The notes beneath the pieces are model-generated. The model saw only the letters and a program-made list of their open reading frames with translations, searched no databases and was not told where the DNA came from. The position numbers and the translations under genes were made by a program. 64,000 bases of DNA from Dehalococcoidia bacterium. Lineage in GTDB: Bacteria; Chloroflexota; Dehalococcoidia; GIF9; UBA5629. Position 1 is the stretch's first letter, and each line of letters opens with the position of its first letter. The stretch is from the NCBI GenBank assembly GCA_041653995.1, contig JBAZEK010000001.1:1030613-1094612 (forward strand), read 5' to 3'. Shown piece after piece: positions 10,117-19,156 of this stretch.

Positions 10117-10596
10117 ATGGATAACCAGGCAGACGGGGTGACCATAATAGTAATGAGTGGCGACATGGATAAGATAATAGCTGCGTTCAATATCTCCATT
10201 GGCGCCGCAGCTCTGGGCAAAGAAGCTAATATGTTTTTCACATTCTGGGGCATCAAGGCCATTCAGAAGGGCAACCTGACCGGAGACAGTTTCTTCGGCA
10301 AGATGATGGGGCTTCTGAACCGCGGCGGCATTGATCGCATCGGCCCCTCCCGCTTCAACTTCTGGGGCATGGGGAAATGGATGTTCAACCAGATGATGAA
10401 AATGCATAAGATCACACCCATAGCCGAGCTGCGTCAAACCGCCATCGACCTGGGAGTCAAGCTTCTACCCTGCCAGATGAGTATGGAAGTAATGGAAATC
10501 AAAAAAGAGGATCTCATCGACGAGGCCCAGCCTGCCTGCGGTGTGGCCACCATGCTGGAAATGGCCTACCGCTCCAAGGCGACCCTCTTTATTTAA
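10117..10596 (+). CDS. DsrE/DsrF-like sulfur relay family protein
   Basis: An AAGGAGG RBS lies 9 nt before the ATG at 10117. The VTIIVMSGDMDKIIAAFNISIGAAALG... stretch is typical of the DsrE/DsrF-like fold. Confidence 0.7.
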   Translation: MDNQADGVTIIVMSGDMDKIIAAFNISIGAAALGKEANMFFTFWGIKAIQKGNLTGDSFFGKMMGLLNRGGIDRIGPSRFNFWGMGKWMFNQMMKMHKITPIAELRQTAIDLGVKLLPCQMSMEVMEIKKEDLIDEAQPACGVATMLEMAYRSKATLFI

Positions 10597-10606
10597 GGAG
10601 CATATT

Positions 10607-11059
10607 ATGTCAGTAGAAAATGAAGTAGTAATGACGCTTAACCTGGAAGGTCTCCTCTGTCCCATCCCGGTAGTTAAAGTCAGCAAAGCAATGCAGGACC
10701 TTCCCGTCGGGGGCGTGCTGGAAGCGACGGCCACCGACCCGGGCGTGCTTGCCGACATCCCCGCCTGGGCGCGCACCACCGGCAACGAGGTCATCAAGAT
10801 CGAACGAGAAGGCAAGCTGGTCAAATTTCAGATCCGAAGATTGAAATATTATACCCGCCATGATCGATCTATCGTTGGCTGTTCTCCTGGTCTCGTTGGC
10901 CGTTGCCCTGGCAGGCGTGGCGGTATGGATTTACCAGCTCTTCTCCAGGCCGAGCGCGTGCGATCCATCGCCCGGCAAGGGTTCGGACAAGCTGGGAGTA
11001 CTGTATGCCTTTACACTTGGCATGCTGCCGTGGAAGAAGGAAAGCGCCGGCCTGCATAA
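10607..11059 (+). CDS. TusA-like sulfurtransferase (with unexplained C-terminal extension)
   Basis: The LEGLLCPIPVVKVSKAM region contains the CPxP active site of TusA. The ORF runs ~70 aa past the usual TusA end and overlaps the next gene by 200 nt. This may be a frameshift or a genuine overlap. Confidence 0.65.
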   Translation: MSVENEVVMTLNLEGLLCPIPVVKVSKAMQDLPVGGVLEATATDPGVLADIPAWARTTGNEVIKIEREGKLVKFQIRRLKYYTRHDRSIVGCSPGLVGRCPGRRGGMDLPALLQAERVRSIARQGFGQAGSTVCLYTWHAAVEEGKRRPA

Positions 11060-11504
11060 AATAGTCTATCTAAGGGGTATCTGCTTTCACATCGGCATTT
11101 TCGCCGGTATAGTGGCGCTAATACTTAGTATCTTCGGCATAGCGGCCGGCAGCACGTTGAACCTGGTGCTGAGCATACTGATGTGGATCGGCGCCGTTGC
11201 AGGCGTTACAGCAATAATATCACGCGCAACCGAAGCCAACCTGAGGGGGATCAGCCGCCCCGACGATTACATCTCGCCCGCGTTGATCACGCTCTTTATG
11301 TCCATGGGCGCGCTGCACGCCATGAACCTCGTCGATACCGTGTATTTTTATGCTGCCGCCAGCGTGCTGTGCCTTTACCTCCCCTGGAGCAAGGTCCGGC
11401 ACTGCGTTTACTTCTTCTTCATGCGCGGTAAGATCGGCGCGATGATGGGCCATCGAGGTCTGCTGGGCACGACGCAACGACAGACGAGGAAAGGAACACC
11501 ATGA
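10860..11504 (+). CDS. polytopic membrane protein, possibly NarI/HdrE/DsrM-like cytochrome b partner of the CCG protein
   Basis: 214 aa with ~5-6 TM helices and several His in or near the helices. It is translationally coupled (ATGA overlap) to the downstream CCG-domain FeS protein. Confidence 0.4.
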   Translation: MIDLSLAVLLVSLAVALAGVAVWIYQLFSRPSACDPSPGKGSDKLGVLYAFTLGMLPWKKESAGLHKIVYLRGICFHIGIFAGIVALILSIFGIAAGSTLNLVLSILMWIGAVAGVTAIISRATEANLRGISRPDDYISPALITLFMSMGALHAMNLVDTVYFYAAASVLCLYLPWSKVRHCVYFFFMRGKIGAMMGHRGLLGTTQRQTRKGTP

Positions 11505-12790
11505 GCGACAACGACACAGCCACATTAACACCGGCGAATCCGGCATCTACGGACGCCGATATGCTTGATAAGCAGCTGACCAGAGAGGTTGAAGCTGCGC
11601 TGGGCGGCTGCGTACGCTGCGGCCTCTGCGCCGAGTCCTGCCATTACTACTCCGCCCAGCCTCAACTTCAGAATATGCCCGTCTACCGGGGTGAGGCCGT
11701 GAGAAAATTTTTCCGCCAGGCCGGCAGCCGGGCGAAGGGATTATTTCATCGGCCTGCAAAGGCGAAAACCGATGTATCGTCCCTTGACACGCTGGCGGAT
11801 ATGGCCTTCGGCAAGTGCACCCTTTGCCGCCGCTGCACGGTGAACTGCCCTGTGGGAGTGGATACGGCGGCGCTCATGCGTACCGCACGCGCCATCGCCA
11901 CGGCCTCCGGCAAAGCGCCGGAGATACTGGTCCAGCTCGCCGATGCGGCCATCAGCCGCGGGGAGAACATGGAGCTCTTTCGCGATATGTTGCTGGACCG
12001 TTTCAAAGAGCTTGAGGTCGAGACACGCAACAAGATCAATGATCCCGCTTTTTCGATTCCCGTGGGTAAAAAAGGCGCCGATATGCTGTTCGTAGGCCTC
12101 TCGGGCGAGCACAGCATAGTGCCCCCCGCCATATTGTTTCATTACGCCGGGGCAAACTGGACACTCAGCCTGTTTGAGGCGTCCAATTATGGCTCATTCC
12201 TGGGCGACAGCGAGAGATCGAAAAAAATAGCTCAACGCATAATCGACGAAGCCGGAGACCTTGGTGTGAAAGAGGTTGTGATCGGCGAGTGCGGCCACGC
12301 ATATACGGTGCTGCGCTGGGAGGCGCCCAAGTGGTTCAAAAAAGCGCTGCCGTTTCGTGTCAGGAGCCTGATAGAGGTGCTGGCCGAGTGGATACAGAGC
12401 GGGCGGCTGATCCTCAATCCCGAGGCCAATCCCGATCCTGTCACATATCATGATTCCTGCAACCTGGGCCGCAACGGCGGCCTTCTGGAGGAGCCACGCG
12501 TTGTGCTGCGCGCTGCAGTCAAGGATTTCCGCGAGATGTACCCCAACAGGGAGGAAAGCTATTGCTGCGGAGGAGGCAGCGGCATGGTGGCCGTTTCCGA
12601 ATGGGAAGAACGGCGCATGCTGGCGGGCTTGCCTAAAGCCAGGCAGATCAAGGCCACCGGCGCTAAAATCGTTGTCGCTTCCTGCGACAACTGCCGTATC
12701 CAGCTTGGCGAGCTCAACGAGCGCTACAACCTGGGCATCAAAGTGACCGGCCTGGCCGACCTGGTTGTGAACGCCGTCGTCAAAAAATAG
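11501..12790 (+). CDS. (Fe-S)-binding protein with two ferredoxin-type CxxCxxCxxxC motifs and C-terminal CCG domains (HdrD/DsrK/GlpC-like)
   Basis: Contains CVRCGLCAESCHYY and CTLCRRCTVNCP motifs plus a cysteine-rich CCGGGSG CCG-domain signature. Confidence 0.8.
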   Translation: MSDNDTATLTPANPASTDADMLDKQLTREVEAALGGCVRCGLCAESCHYYSAQPQLQNMPVYRGEAVRKFFRQAGSRAKGLFHRPAKAKTDVSSLDTLADMAFGKCTLCRRCTVNCPVGVDTAALMRTARAIATASGKAPEILVQLADAAISRGENMELFRDMLLDRFKELEVETRNKINDPAFSIPVGKKGADMLFVGLSGEHSIVPPAILFHYAGANWTLSLFEASNYGSFLGDSERSKKIAQRIIDEAGDLGVKEVVIGECGHAYTVLRWEAPKWFKKALPFRVRSLIEVLAEWIQSGRLILNPEANPDPVTYHDSCNLGRNGGLLEEPRVVLRAAVKDFREMYPNREESYCCGGGSGMVAVSEWEERRMLAGLPKARQIKATGAKIVVASCDNCRIQLGELNERYNLGIKVTGLADLVVNAVVKK

Positions 12791-12834
12791 TTCCAGTGGG
12801 CCTTTTCTCTCCCTGCATTGCCGGCGCTTATTAG

Positions 12835-12919
12835 TCATTGCGAGGAACGTAGTGACGAAGCAATCCTGTACGTGATTGCGTATACACAAGATTGCCACGC
12901 TTCGCTCGCAATGACGAGG
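12835..12919. repeat. ~85-bp palindromic intergenic element, copy A (MITE/REP-like, TIR TCATTGCGAG)
   Basis: tcattgcgagg...cgaagcaatc...gattgcc...ctcgcaatgacgagg, with a perfect 10-bp terminal inverted repeat. A second copy lies at 16887-16972. Confidence 0.6.
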
Positions 12920-12988
12920 AGAGAAACGCTGGCAACGACGTCTCGGCAAATACACCTCTTAACAGCGCCGTATGTTATCATTTGAGAC

Positions 12989-13720
12989 GTGGAATCCATT
13001 CCCCTCCTCAAGTACCTTGTGGAAGCCGGAATCGGCGCCAGGCGCCAGGTAGTAGCCGCCATCAAGATCGGCCGCGTATCAGTCAACGGGAAGCAGGCCG
13101 AGAGCTATACCATGCCGGTCTATCCGCAGGCGGACAGGATCACCTTCGACGGTAAACCCGTCGCGTTCCACAGCCGTGCCAGAATCGTCCTTATGCTGCA
13201 CAAACCGCTGAACCTGCTGACTACCACTAGCGACGACCGCGGCAGGCAGACTGTGCTCGATATCCTCCCAGCCGAGTACCGCGGACTGGGCCTGTATCCT
13301 GTGGGAAGACTGGACCACGATACCACCGGGCTGCTACTTCTGACCAATGACGGCAACCTTACCTACCGCCTGACGCATCCCCGCTTCGAGCTGGGCAAGG
13401 AATACTTTGTGCACATAGAAGGTACGCTGAGCCGGCAGGAAAAAGAGCTGCTGGAAAAAGGCGTGATGCTGGACGACGGCATCACAGCGCCCGCCGGAGT
13501 GAAGGAGATCGGCTACGAGCCGCCCTACAATTACAGCATCACCATCCACGAAGGGCGCAACCGCCAGGTCAGGCGCATGTTCGCCCATCTCGGATATACC
13601 GTCAAATCCTTAAAACGTGTCAGGATGGGGAATCTCCGGCTGGGCGACCTGGCTGAAGGAAGCTTCAGAAGACTCTCTGCACAGGAGATCGCATCGGCCC
13701 TGCGCCAGCACAAACAATAG
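12989..13720 (+). CDS. pseudouridine synthase (RsuA/RluB family) with S4 domain
   Basis: VGRLDHDTTGLLLLTNDG catalytic Asp motif, an N-terminal S4-like region and a GTG start. Confidence 0.85.
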   Translation: MESIPLLKYLVEAGIGARRQVVAAIKIGRVSVNGKQAESYTMPVYPQADRITFDGKPVAFHSRARIVLMLHKPLNLLTTTSDDRGRQTVLDILPAEYRGLGLYPVGRLDHDTTGLLLLTNDGNLTYRLTHPRFELGKEYFVHIEGTLSRQEKELLEKGVMLDDGITAPAGVKEIGYEPPYNYSITIHEGRNRQVRRMFAHLGYTVKSLKRVRMGNLRLGDLAEGSFRRLSAQEIASALRQHKQ

Positions 13721-13837
13721 CACGCTCGAGTTCATAATCATTGACGGGTAAGTCAATGATGTGCAGCCGTTGCCCTGTTGGTGTACAATATGCAGGGTTT
13801 TGCTCGCAACTAATTAAAATAAGGAGTGTGATTCAAT

Positions 13838-14779
13838 ATGGGTGACAGGCTAAAGGGCAAGGTAGCAATCGTTACGGGTTCCGGACGCGGCATCGGCCGT
13901 GCCGAGGCCATGGCGCTGGCCGCTGAGGGCGCCAAGGTTGTTGTCAACGACCTCGGCGCAGCTTCAGACGGCTCCGGCAAATCGGCCAGCCCGGCGGAGG
14001 AAGTCTGCCAGGAGATCAAGAAGCTGGGCGGCGAGGCCGTACCCAATTTTGATTCTGTGGCCACCTGGGCCGGCGGCGAGAATATCGTAAAGACCGCTAT
14101 CGATAAATTCGGCCGCATCGACATCCTGGTCAATAACGCGGGCATCCTGCGCGACCGCATGCTCTTCAACATGAGCGAGGACGAGTGGGATATTATTCTC
14201 AAAATACATCTATATGGCCATTTTTACTGTGCCAGGGCTGCTTCTCCCTATATGCGCCAGCAGCGCTGGGGGCGCATCATCAACACCTCATCCATCGCCG
14301 GCCTGGGCAATATGGGCCAGACCAACTACAGCGCAGCCAAAGAGGGCATCGTCGGATTCACCCGCTCGGCGGCTCTGGATCTGGGCAAATACGGCATAAC
14401 CTGCAATGCCATCCGTCCCAATGCAGCCACGCGCATGACGGTTACACCCGAGCTCAAGGCCGCCTGGGAGAAGAGGGCCGCAGCGGCGGGCATCACCGAT
14501 AAGGCGCAGTTCGAGGCCATGATCAGCCAGATGTTCGCCTCCAAACCTGAGAATATCGCCCCTGTAGTGGTTTTCCTCTGCACGGACGAGGCTGCCAACA
14601 TCAACGGCAGGACCCTCTTTATCAACCTCAACCAGGTCGGCCTGTATTCAGAGCCTGCCCTGATCAAGGAGATCAATAAGGCCGAAGGCTTCTGGTCTGT
14701 TGATGAACTGGTCAAAGAGATCCCGGGCAAGCTGACCGGCGACCTGGTGAATCCGGCGCCGCCTCAGCCGGCCAAATAA
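13838..14779 (+). CDS. SDR-family oxidoreductase
   Basis: KVAIVTGSGRGIGRA Rossmann motif with downstream NNAG and Y...K elements. Confidence 0.9.
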   Translation: MGDRLKGKVAIVTGSGRGIGRAEAMALAAEGAKVVVNDLGAASDGSGKSASPAEEVCQEIKKLGGEAVPNFDSVATWAGGENIVKTAIDKFGRIDILVNNAGILRDRMLFNMSEDEWDIILKIHLYGHFYCARAASPYMRQQRWGRIINTSSIAGLGNMGQTNYSAAKEGIVGFTRSAALDLGKYGITCNAIRPNAATRMTVTPELKAAWEKRAAAAGITDKAQFEAMISQMFASKPENIAPVVVFLCTDEAANINGRTLFINLNQVGLYSEPALIKEINKAEGFWSVDELVKEIPGKLTGDLVNPAPPQPAK

Positions 14780-14878
14780 ACCGCTCAAACAGATAAGCTA
14801 AACAGAAGGGCATCACCCTAAAAGATGCCCTTCTGTTATAATCTCCTTTAACAAGCGCCGGCAGGCTTCAATCAGAGG

Positions 14879-16351
14879 TTGAAAATGACTGATTTCATCG
14901 TGCAGGACAGCCGACGTCAGCTCTGGATCGTCATAAGCGTGGCATTTGCAGCGTTTATGGCGGCGCTGGATACCTATATTGTCAACGTGGCCCTGCCCAC
15001 CATAGCGTCGGATTTCAATGCCAGCCCCACCGATGCGGCGCTCATCACGCTTTCATATCTGCTGGTCATCACCAGCACCCTGCTTATCTTCGGTAAGATC
15101 GGGGAGAGGACAGGCTTCAAAGTCGTGTTTGTCGCCGGATTCGCCCTGTTCGCCGTCGGCTCTTTCCTGAGTGGACTGGCTCCCACGCTGTACCTGCTCT
15201 CAGGCGCGCGCTGCATACAGGGATTTGGCGCCGCCATGCTTTACGCCGTGGGGATGGCCATGATAATCAGGTACATACCGCCGGGCAAGCGCGGCTGGGC
15301 TTTCGGCATCACCTCGACCGGGGCCGGTATGGGCGTGATTATAGGCGCGCCCATGGGCGGCTTTATCACGCAGTACCTGGACTGGCACTGGATATTCTGG
15401 TTCAACGTGCCGGTCGGTATCGCCGCCGTCATCGTGGCGCTGAAGGTGATGCCCAACGACCGCGTCCGCCGCAAAAAGGGCGTCAAACTTCCCCCCTTCG
15501 ATATCGCCGGCGCCCTGATGAGCTTTTTCGCGCTGGCGCTCCTTGTGGGAGCTATAAACCGGGGCCAGCAGTTCGGCTGGGACCACTGGGGCATCTGGGG
15601 CTCATTCACTCTCTCCGCCATACTTTTCATAGCGTTCGTACTGTGGGAGAAGAGGTGCCGCGATCCCCTGCTCGACATGTCCCTTTTCAAGTTCGCCAGC
15701 TTCGGCTTCGGATCGTTCGCCGCACTGGCCGCATGGAGTATGTACTCCGGAGGCAACTTCCTCTTCCCCTTCTACCTGACCATGATCCAGGGCCTTTCAT
15801 CCAGCATGATCGGCTCCATCTTCCTTATCAGCTCCGTTGTATATATCGCCACCAGCCTTTACATGGGACGGCTGTCCGACCGGATCGGCAGGCGGGTGCT
15901 ATGCTGCGCCGGCATGATCTCGGCCTGCGCGGCGCTGATTTTCCTGGCGCTGACGATGGGCCTGCCCTCCCTCATTCCCATGATGGTTTATCTGGCATGG
16001 GTCGGCGTATCCATGGGCACATTCGTCTCACCCAATAACAGCCTTATGCTCGGATCCATACCGACAGATAACCAGGGCGAAGCGTCGGCGGCGTCCAGGG
16101 CCATGCAAAACCTGGGCATGGTGCTGGGCGTGGCTATCTTTGAGACCGTGTTCTCGGCCTTCATACCATCCGCCGACCTGGGCTCCGAGCAGGCCGTTGC
16201 AGGTGTGCCCACAAACGTGCTTGTGATGGGCTTCAGCGCCGCATGTTTCGTGGGCGCCGCCATGTGCGTTTTATCCCTCATCCTATCCTGGCTGGCCAAA
16301 GAAGACAGTGCGGCTGCAACGGGCGAAAAGCCCGGGCCCATAGCGATTTAG
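14879..16351 (+). CDS. MFS transporter (DHA2-like, ~14 TM)
   Basis: 490 aa hydrophobic ORF. MFS signatures include GKIGERTGFK and a GRLSDRIGRR-like loop. Confidence 0.85.
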   Translation: MKMTDFIVQDSRRQLWIVISVAFAAFMAALDTYIVNVALPTIASDFNASPTDAALITLSYLLVITSTLLIFGKIGERTGFKVVFVAGFALFAVGSFLSGLAPTLYLLSGARCIQGFGAAMLYAVGMAMIIRYIPPGKRGWAFGITSTGAGMGVIIGAPMGGFITQYLDWHWIFWFNVPVGIAAVIVALKVMPNDRVRRKKGVKLPPFDIAGALMSFFALALLVGAINRGQQFGWDHWGIWGSFTLSAILFIAFVLWEKRCRDPLLDMSLFKFASFGFGSFAALAAWSMYSGGNFLFPFYLTMIQGLSSSMIGSIFLISSVVYIATSLYMGRLSDRIGRRVLCCAGMISACAALIFLALTMGLPSLIPMMVYLAWVGVSMGTFVSPNNSLMLGSIPTDNQGEASAASRAMQNLGMVLGVAIFETVFSAFIPSADLGSEQAVAGVPTNVLVMGFSAACFVGAAMCVLSLILSWLAKEDSAAATGEKPGPIAI

Positions 16352-16378
16352 CGTACCTTTATACAGAGGTTACTTTCG

Positions 16379-16873
16379 ATGCAGGGCTATGAGATAAGAC
16401 GGGTACGGGAGGCGGACCGCAGCACCGTGGTGAGCATCTTCAACTACTTCGTTGAGAACAGCTTCGCTGCCTACCCCGATAAAAAAGTGGGGCCGGAGAT
16501 CTTCGACCTGCTTAAAAATATGAGCAGGGCGGGGGTTTTTTATGTGGCGGAAACGGCAGACAAAGAGGTGATAGGCTTCGCCCTGCTGAGACATCACCAG
16601 GTTGCAGAGGCGTTCAAGCGTGCCGGCGAGATCACCTATTTCATTCTGCCCGGGCACGAACGCAGGGGCCTGGGCTCCCGCTTTATGGAGACCATTATTA
16701 TTGATGCCAGGGCTGCAGGTGTGGAAACGCTACTGGCCAATATATCATCGCTCAACGAGGTGAGCCTAAATTTCCACCTCAAGCACGGATTCAAAGAGTG
16801 CGGAAGCTTCCAGCGCATCGGGCAGAAGTTCGGCCGGGATTTCGACGTCGTCTGGATGCAGAAATTCCTGTAG
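16379..16873 (+). CDS. GNAT-family N-acetyltransferase
   Basis: 164 aa. An HERRGLGSRFMETII motif (Q/RxxGxG/A acetyl-CoA site) is present. Confidence 0.8.
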   Translation: MQGYEIRRVREADRSTVVSIFNYFVENSFAAYPDKKVGPEIFDLLKNMSRAGVFYVAETADKEVIGFALLRHHQVAEAFKRAGEITYFILPGHERRGLGSRFMETIIIDARAAGVETLLANISSLNEVSLNFHLKHGFKECGSFQRIGQKFGRDFDVVWMQKFL

Positions 16874-16886
16874 GCCGGCGCACGCG

Positions 16887-16972
16887 TCATTACGAGGAAC
16901 GCAGTGACGAAGCAATCTTGTGCCGTCATGCGCGTGAACAGGATTGCCGCGCCCTCCGGGCTCGCAATGACC
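16887..16972. repeat. ~86-bp palindromic intergenic element, copy B
   Basis: tcattacgaggaacgcagtgacgaagcaatcttgt...acaggattgccgcg...ctcgcaatgacc. It is ~80% identical to copy A in the arms and lies between convergent genes. Confidence 0.6.
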
Positions 16973-16990
16973 AATGATGATTAATACTTA

Positions 16991-18259
16991 CTACTTCGAG
17001 CGGAAATCGAAAGGCCCGATTTTAAATTCGTACTGATCTGAGTCCGGCGCCGGTATCCAATCCTGGCCGTCGCCCTGGTCGAACTCATAGTACCCCGGCA
17101 GCCTGTCGGGCCATTCAGCCAGCTCAACCGGCACCGAGAGCTGCTGATCCCCTCTCTGTATAGACAGTGTGACTTTATCCCCCGGCTTCTTGCCGTTGAA
17201 ATAAGAAAGGATATCGTTCACTTTAGCTACAGGTGTATCATCAACCGCCAGGATAATGTCGCCACCCGCCGCAGGCTCGTTTTGTTTATTCCTGCCGCTC
17301 TCCACCAACCCGGCCCTGTCCGCAGGGCTGCCGGTTATAACGCCGACGATGTACACGCCCTTCGTCGCCTTGAGATCCAGCTTGTCCTCCAGGTCTCGGC
17401 TGACGGGCATGCCCTCGATGCCGAGCCAGGGGGCCCTGATGGTGCTGCCCTTGATCAGCTCAGGCAGTACTTTTTTAGCGGTATTGATAGGTACGGCAAA
17501 TCCCACCCCGTTGGCTGTGGCCTCTATAGCAGTATTGATACCGACTACTTCGCCTTTCGAATTGAGCAGCGGGCCGCCGGAATTGCCGGGATTGATTGCG
17601 GCGTCCGTCTGTATGATATCCGTTATATTGCGGCTGTTGGAATTTGGTATGGACCTGCCCGTGCCGCTGATGATGCCGATGGTGATAGAGCCCTGCAGAC
17701 CGTAGGGCGAACCAAGGGCCAACGCCATCTGGCCGGGTTTGACCTCGCTGGAATCTGCCATCACCAGGTATGTCAGGTTCGGCACTTTGGAAGCATCCAC
17801 CTGCAGCAGGGCTACATCGTTATTGAGGTCTGCTCCGATGACCTTTCCCTGGAGCTCGCTGCCGTCGCTGAGCACGATCTTGACGGTGGAAGCCCTGTCC
17901 ACCACGTGGTTATTGGTGAGAATATGGCCTTCCGTATCGATGATGAAGCCCGATCCCTGCCCCCTCATATTGGGTATATCCAGGCCGAAGGGGCCGAGCA
18001 ATTTAGAGGCGATCGTTGTCTCGGATTCCACCTGCACCACGGCCGGTATGCACTTTTCATACAGCGAAACAACCGTGTCTTCATCGTAGAGCGGCGTCAC
18101 CTGCACCGTCGCCGATGAGGAGGGAAGGTTGATGGACTTCTGCTCCGTGGAAACGGATCCCGCGCTGCAGCCGGTAAGCAGGAGCGCAGCAATTAAAAGG
18201 GCAGCGGCCGGCGTTCCGATCATGCTGCGCCGTCCACTGCAAATTTTTAATAAAGACAT
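16991..18259 (-). CDS. HtrA/DegP-family trypsin-like serine protease with PDZ domain
   Basis: Catalytic triad motifs GSGFIIDTEGHILTNNHVV, D and GNSGGPLL, a C-terminal PDZ-like region and a signal peptide. Confidence 0.9.
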   Translation of the reverse strand: MSLLKICSGRRSMIGTPAAALLIAALLLTGCSAGSVSTEQKSINLPSSSATVQVTPLYDEDTVVSLYEKCIPAVVQVESETTIASKLLGPFGLDIPNMRGQGSGFIIDTEGHILTNNHVVDRASTVKIVLSDGSELQGKVIGADLNNDVALLQVDASKVPNLTYLVMADSSEVKPGQMALALGSPYGLQGSITIGIISGTGRSIPNSNSRNITDIIQTDAAINPGNSGGPLLNSKGEVVGINTAIEATANGVGFAVPINTAKKVLPELIKGSTIRAPWLGIEGMPVSRDLEDKLDLKATKGVYIVGVITGSPADRAGLVESGRNKQNEPAAGGDIILAVDDTPVAKVNDILSYFNGKKPGDKVTLSIQRGDQQLSVPVELAEWPDRLPGYYEFDQGDGQDWIPAPDSDQYEFKIGPFDFRSK

Positions 18260-18294
18260 TTATAACCTCCCGGTATTCGATATCCGTAGTGAGA

Positions 18295-19104
18295 TCAAAG
18301 GTTCTGCGGCCCGAAGAATATCTCGTAGTAGTACATGTTGCCCGCCTCCGGCTCCGTGATACGCTCAACGCGGCCCTGCTCGAGGTCGACCAGCGCCAGC
18401 CAGGTTTTCCCATCGAGCTGCACCGATACGATGGCCTGTGCCGCGGCGGGCGTAACTTTCAGAATGGAGCCTCCGATAACGGACATATTGGAGACGGAGG
18501 AAAAAATAGGGAAGACCCTGTCCACACTTCCACCCCTGTCCATGACACTTTTCATCCTCTCATCCGCAGCGGCGATTTTTATCGCGCCTTCACGCTCATC
18601 CTGGGCCAGCTCCGGCATAAAAAGCCCCTCGTAGCGCCGTGCGCTTACCACCGTTTTGACGTTTATATCCACATCGGCTTCGATTAAATCCCCCATACAT
18701 CGCCCGCAGATGACGCTGGCCATACCGTCCCTCACATCCACGCGCATTATGATGATCTCCCCCGTGCCGTTGAGGCGCTGCTGTATGCCGGGATCCCTTT
18801 TGACCACGTCCGCAGCGACAACCGAGGGCGAGGGGGCGGCCAGATAAAAGGCCAGCGATAGCACGGCGGCCACAACGAAGATGGCCAGGCCGCTGGCGGC
18901 GGCCATCCTCCAGGACGGCGCGCGCAGCCAGTTCAGCCAGCCCTTAAAGATGTTCCCCGGCGATTCCAGGCTTCCGCCCGCTGCCAGAGCTTTCGCATAG
19001 GCACCCTGCAGCAGCACCTTTCGCAGGCTGCTTTTGTGTCCCGCTACCATCAGGTCGGGCAGATCAGTGCTTTCCAGCATCCTGATAAGCGCTTCTTTTT
19101 TCAT
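18295..19104 (-). CDS. putative membrane-spanning anti-sigma factor
   Basis: It lies immediately downstream of, and is co-oriented with, the ECF sigma gene. It has a cytoplasmic N-domain, one TM helix and an extracytoplasmic domain. No zinc-binding HxxxCxxC motif is present. Confidence 0.45.
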   Translation of the reverse strand: MKKEALIRMLESTDLPDLMVAGHKSSLRKVLLQGAYAKALAAGGSLESPGNIFKGWLNWLRAPSWRMAAASGLAIFVVAAVLSLAFYLAAPSPSVVAADVVKRDPGIQQRLNGTGEIIIMRVDVRDGMASVICGRCMGDLIEADVDINVKTVVSARRYEGLFMPELAQDEREGAIKIAAADERMKSVMDRGGSVDRVFPIFSSVSNMSVIGGSILKVTPAAAQAIVSVQLDGKTWLALVDLEQGRVERITEPEAGNMYYYEIFFGPQNL

Positions 19105-19156
19105 AATCCTATGCTTCCGTCCAATAATATAATGTGTTTTAACATAAAAAGTTGCA

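Noticed and set aside
12194-12955. 253-aa minus-strand ORF antisense to the CCG FeS gene and covering palindromic element copy A
   Set aside because: It lies entirely within or antisense to a well-supported plus-strand gene plus a repeat element. High GC content generates long spurious ORFs.
17282-18118. 278-aa plus-strand ORF antisense to htrA
   Set aside because: The opposite-strand HtrA has unambiguous catalytic motifs.
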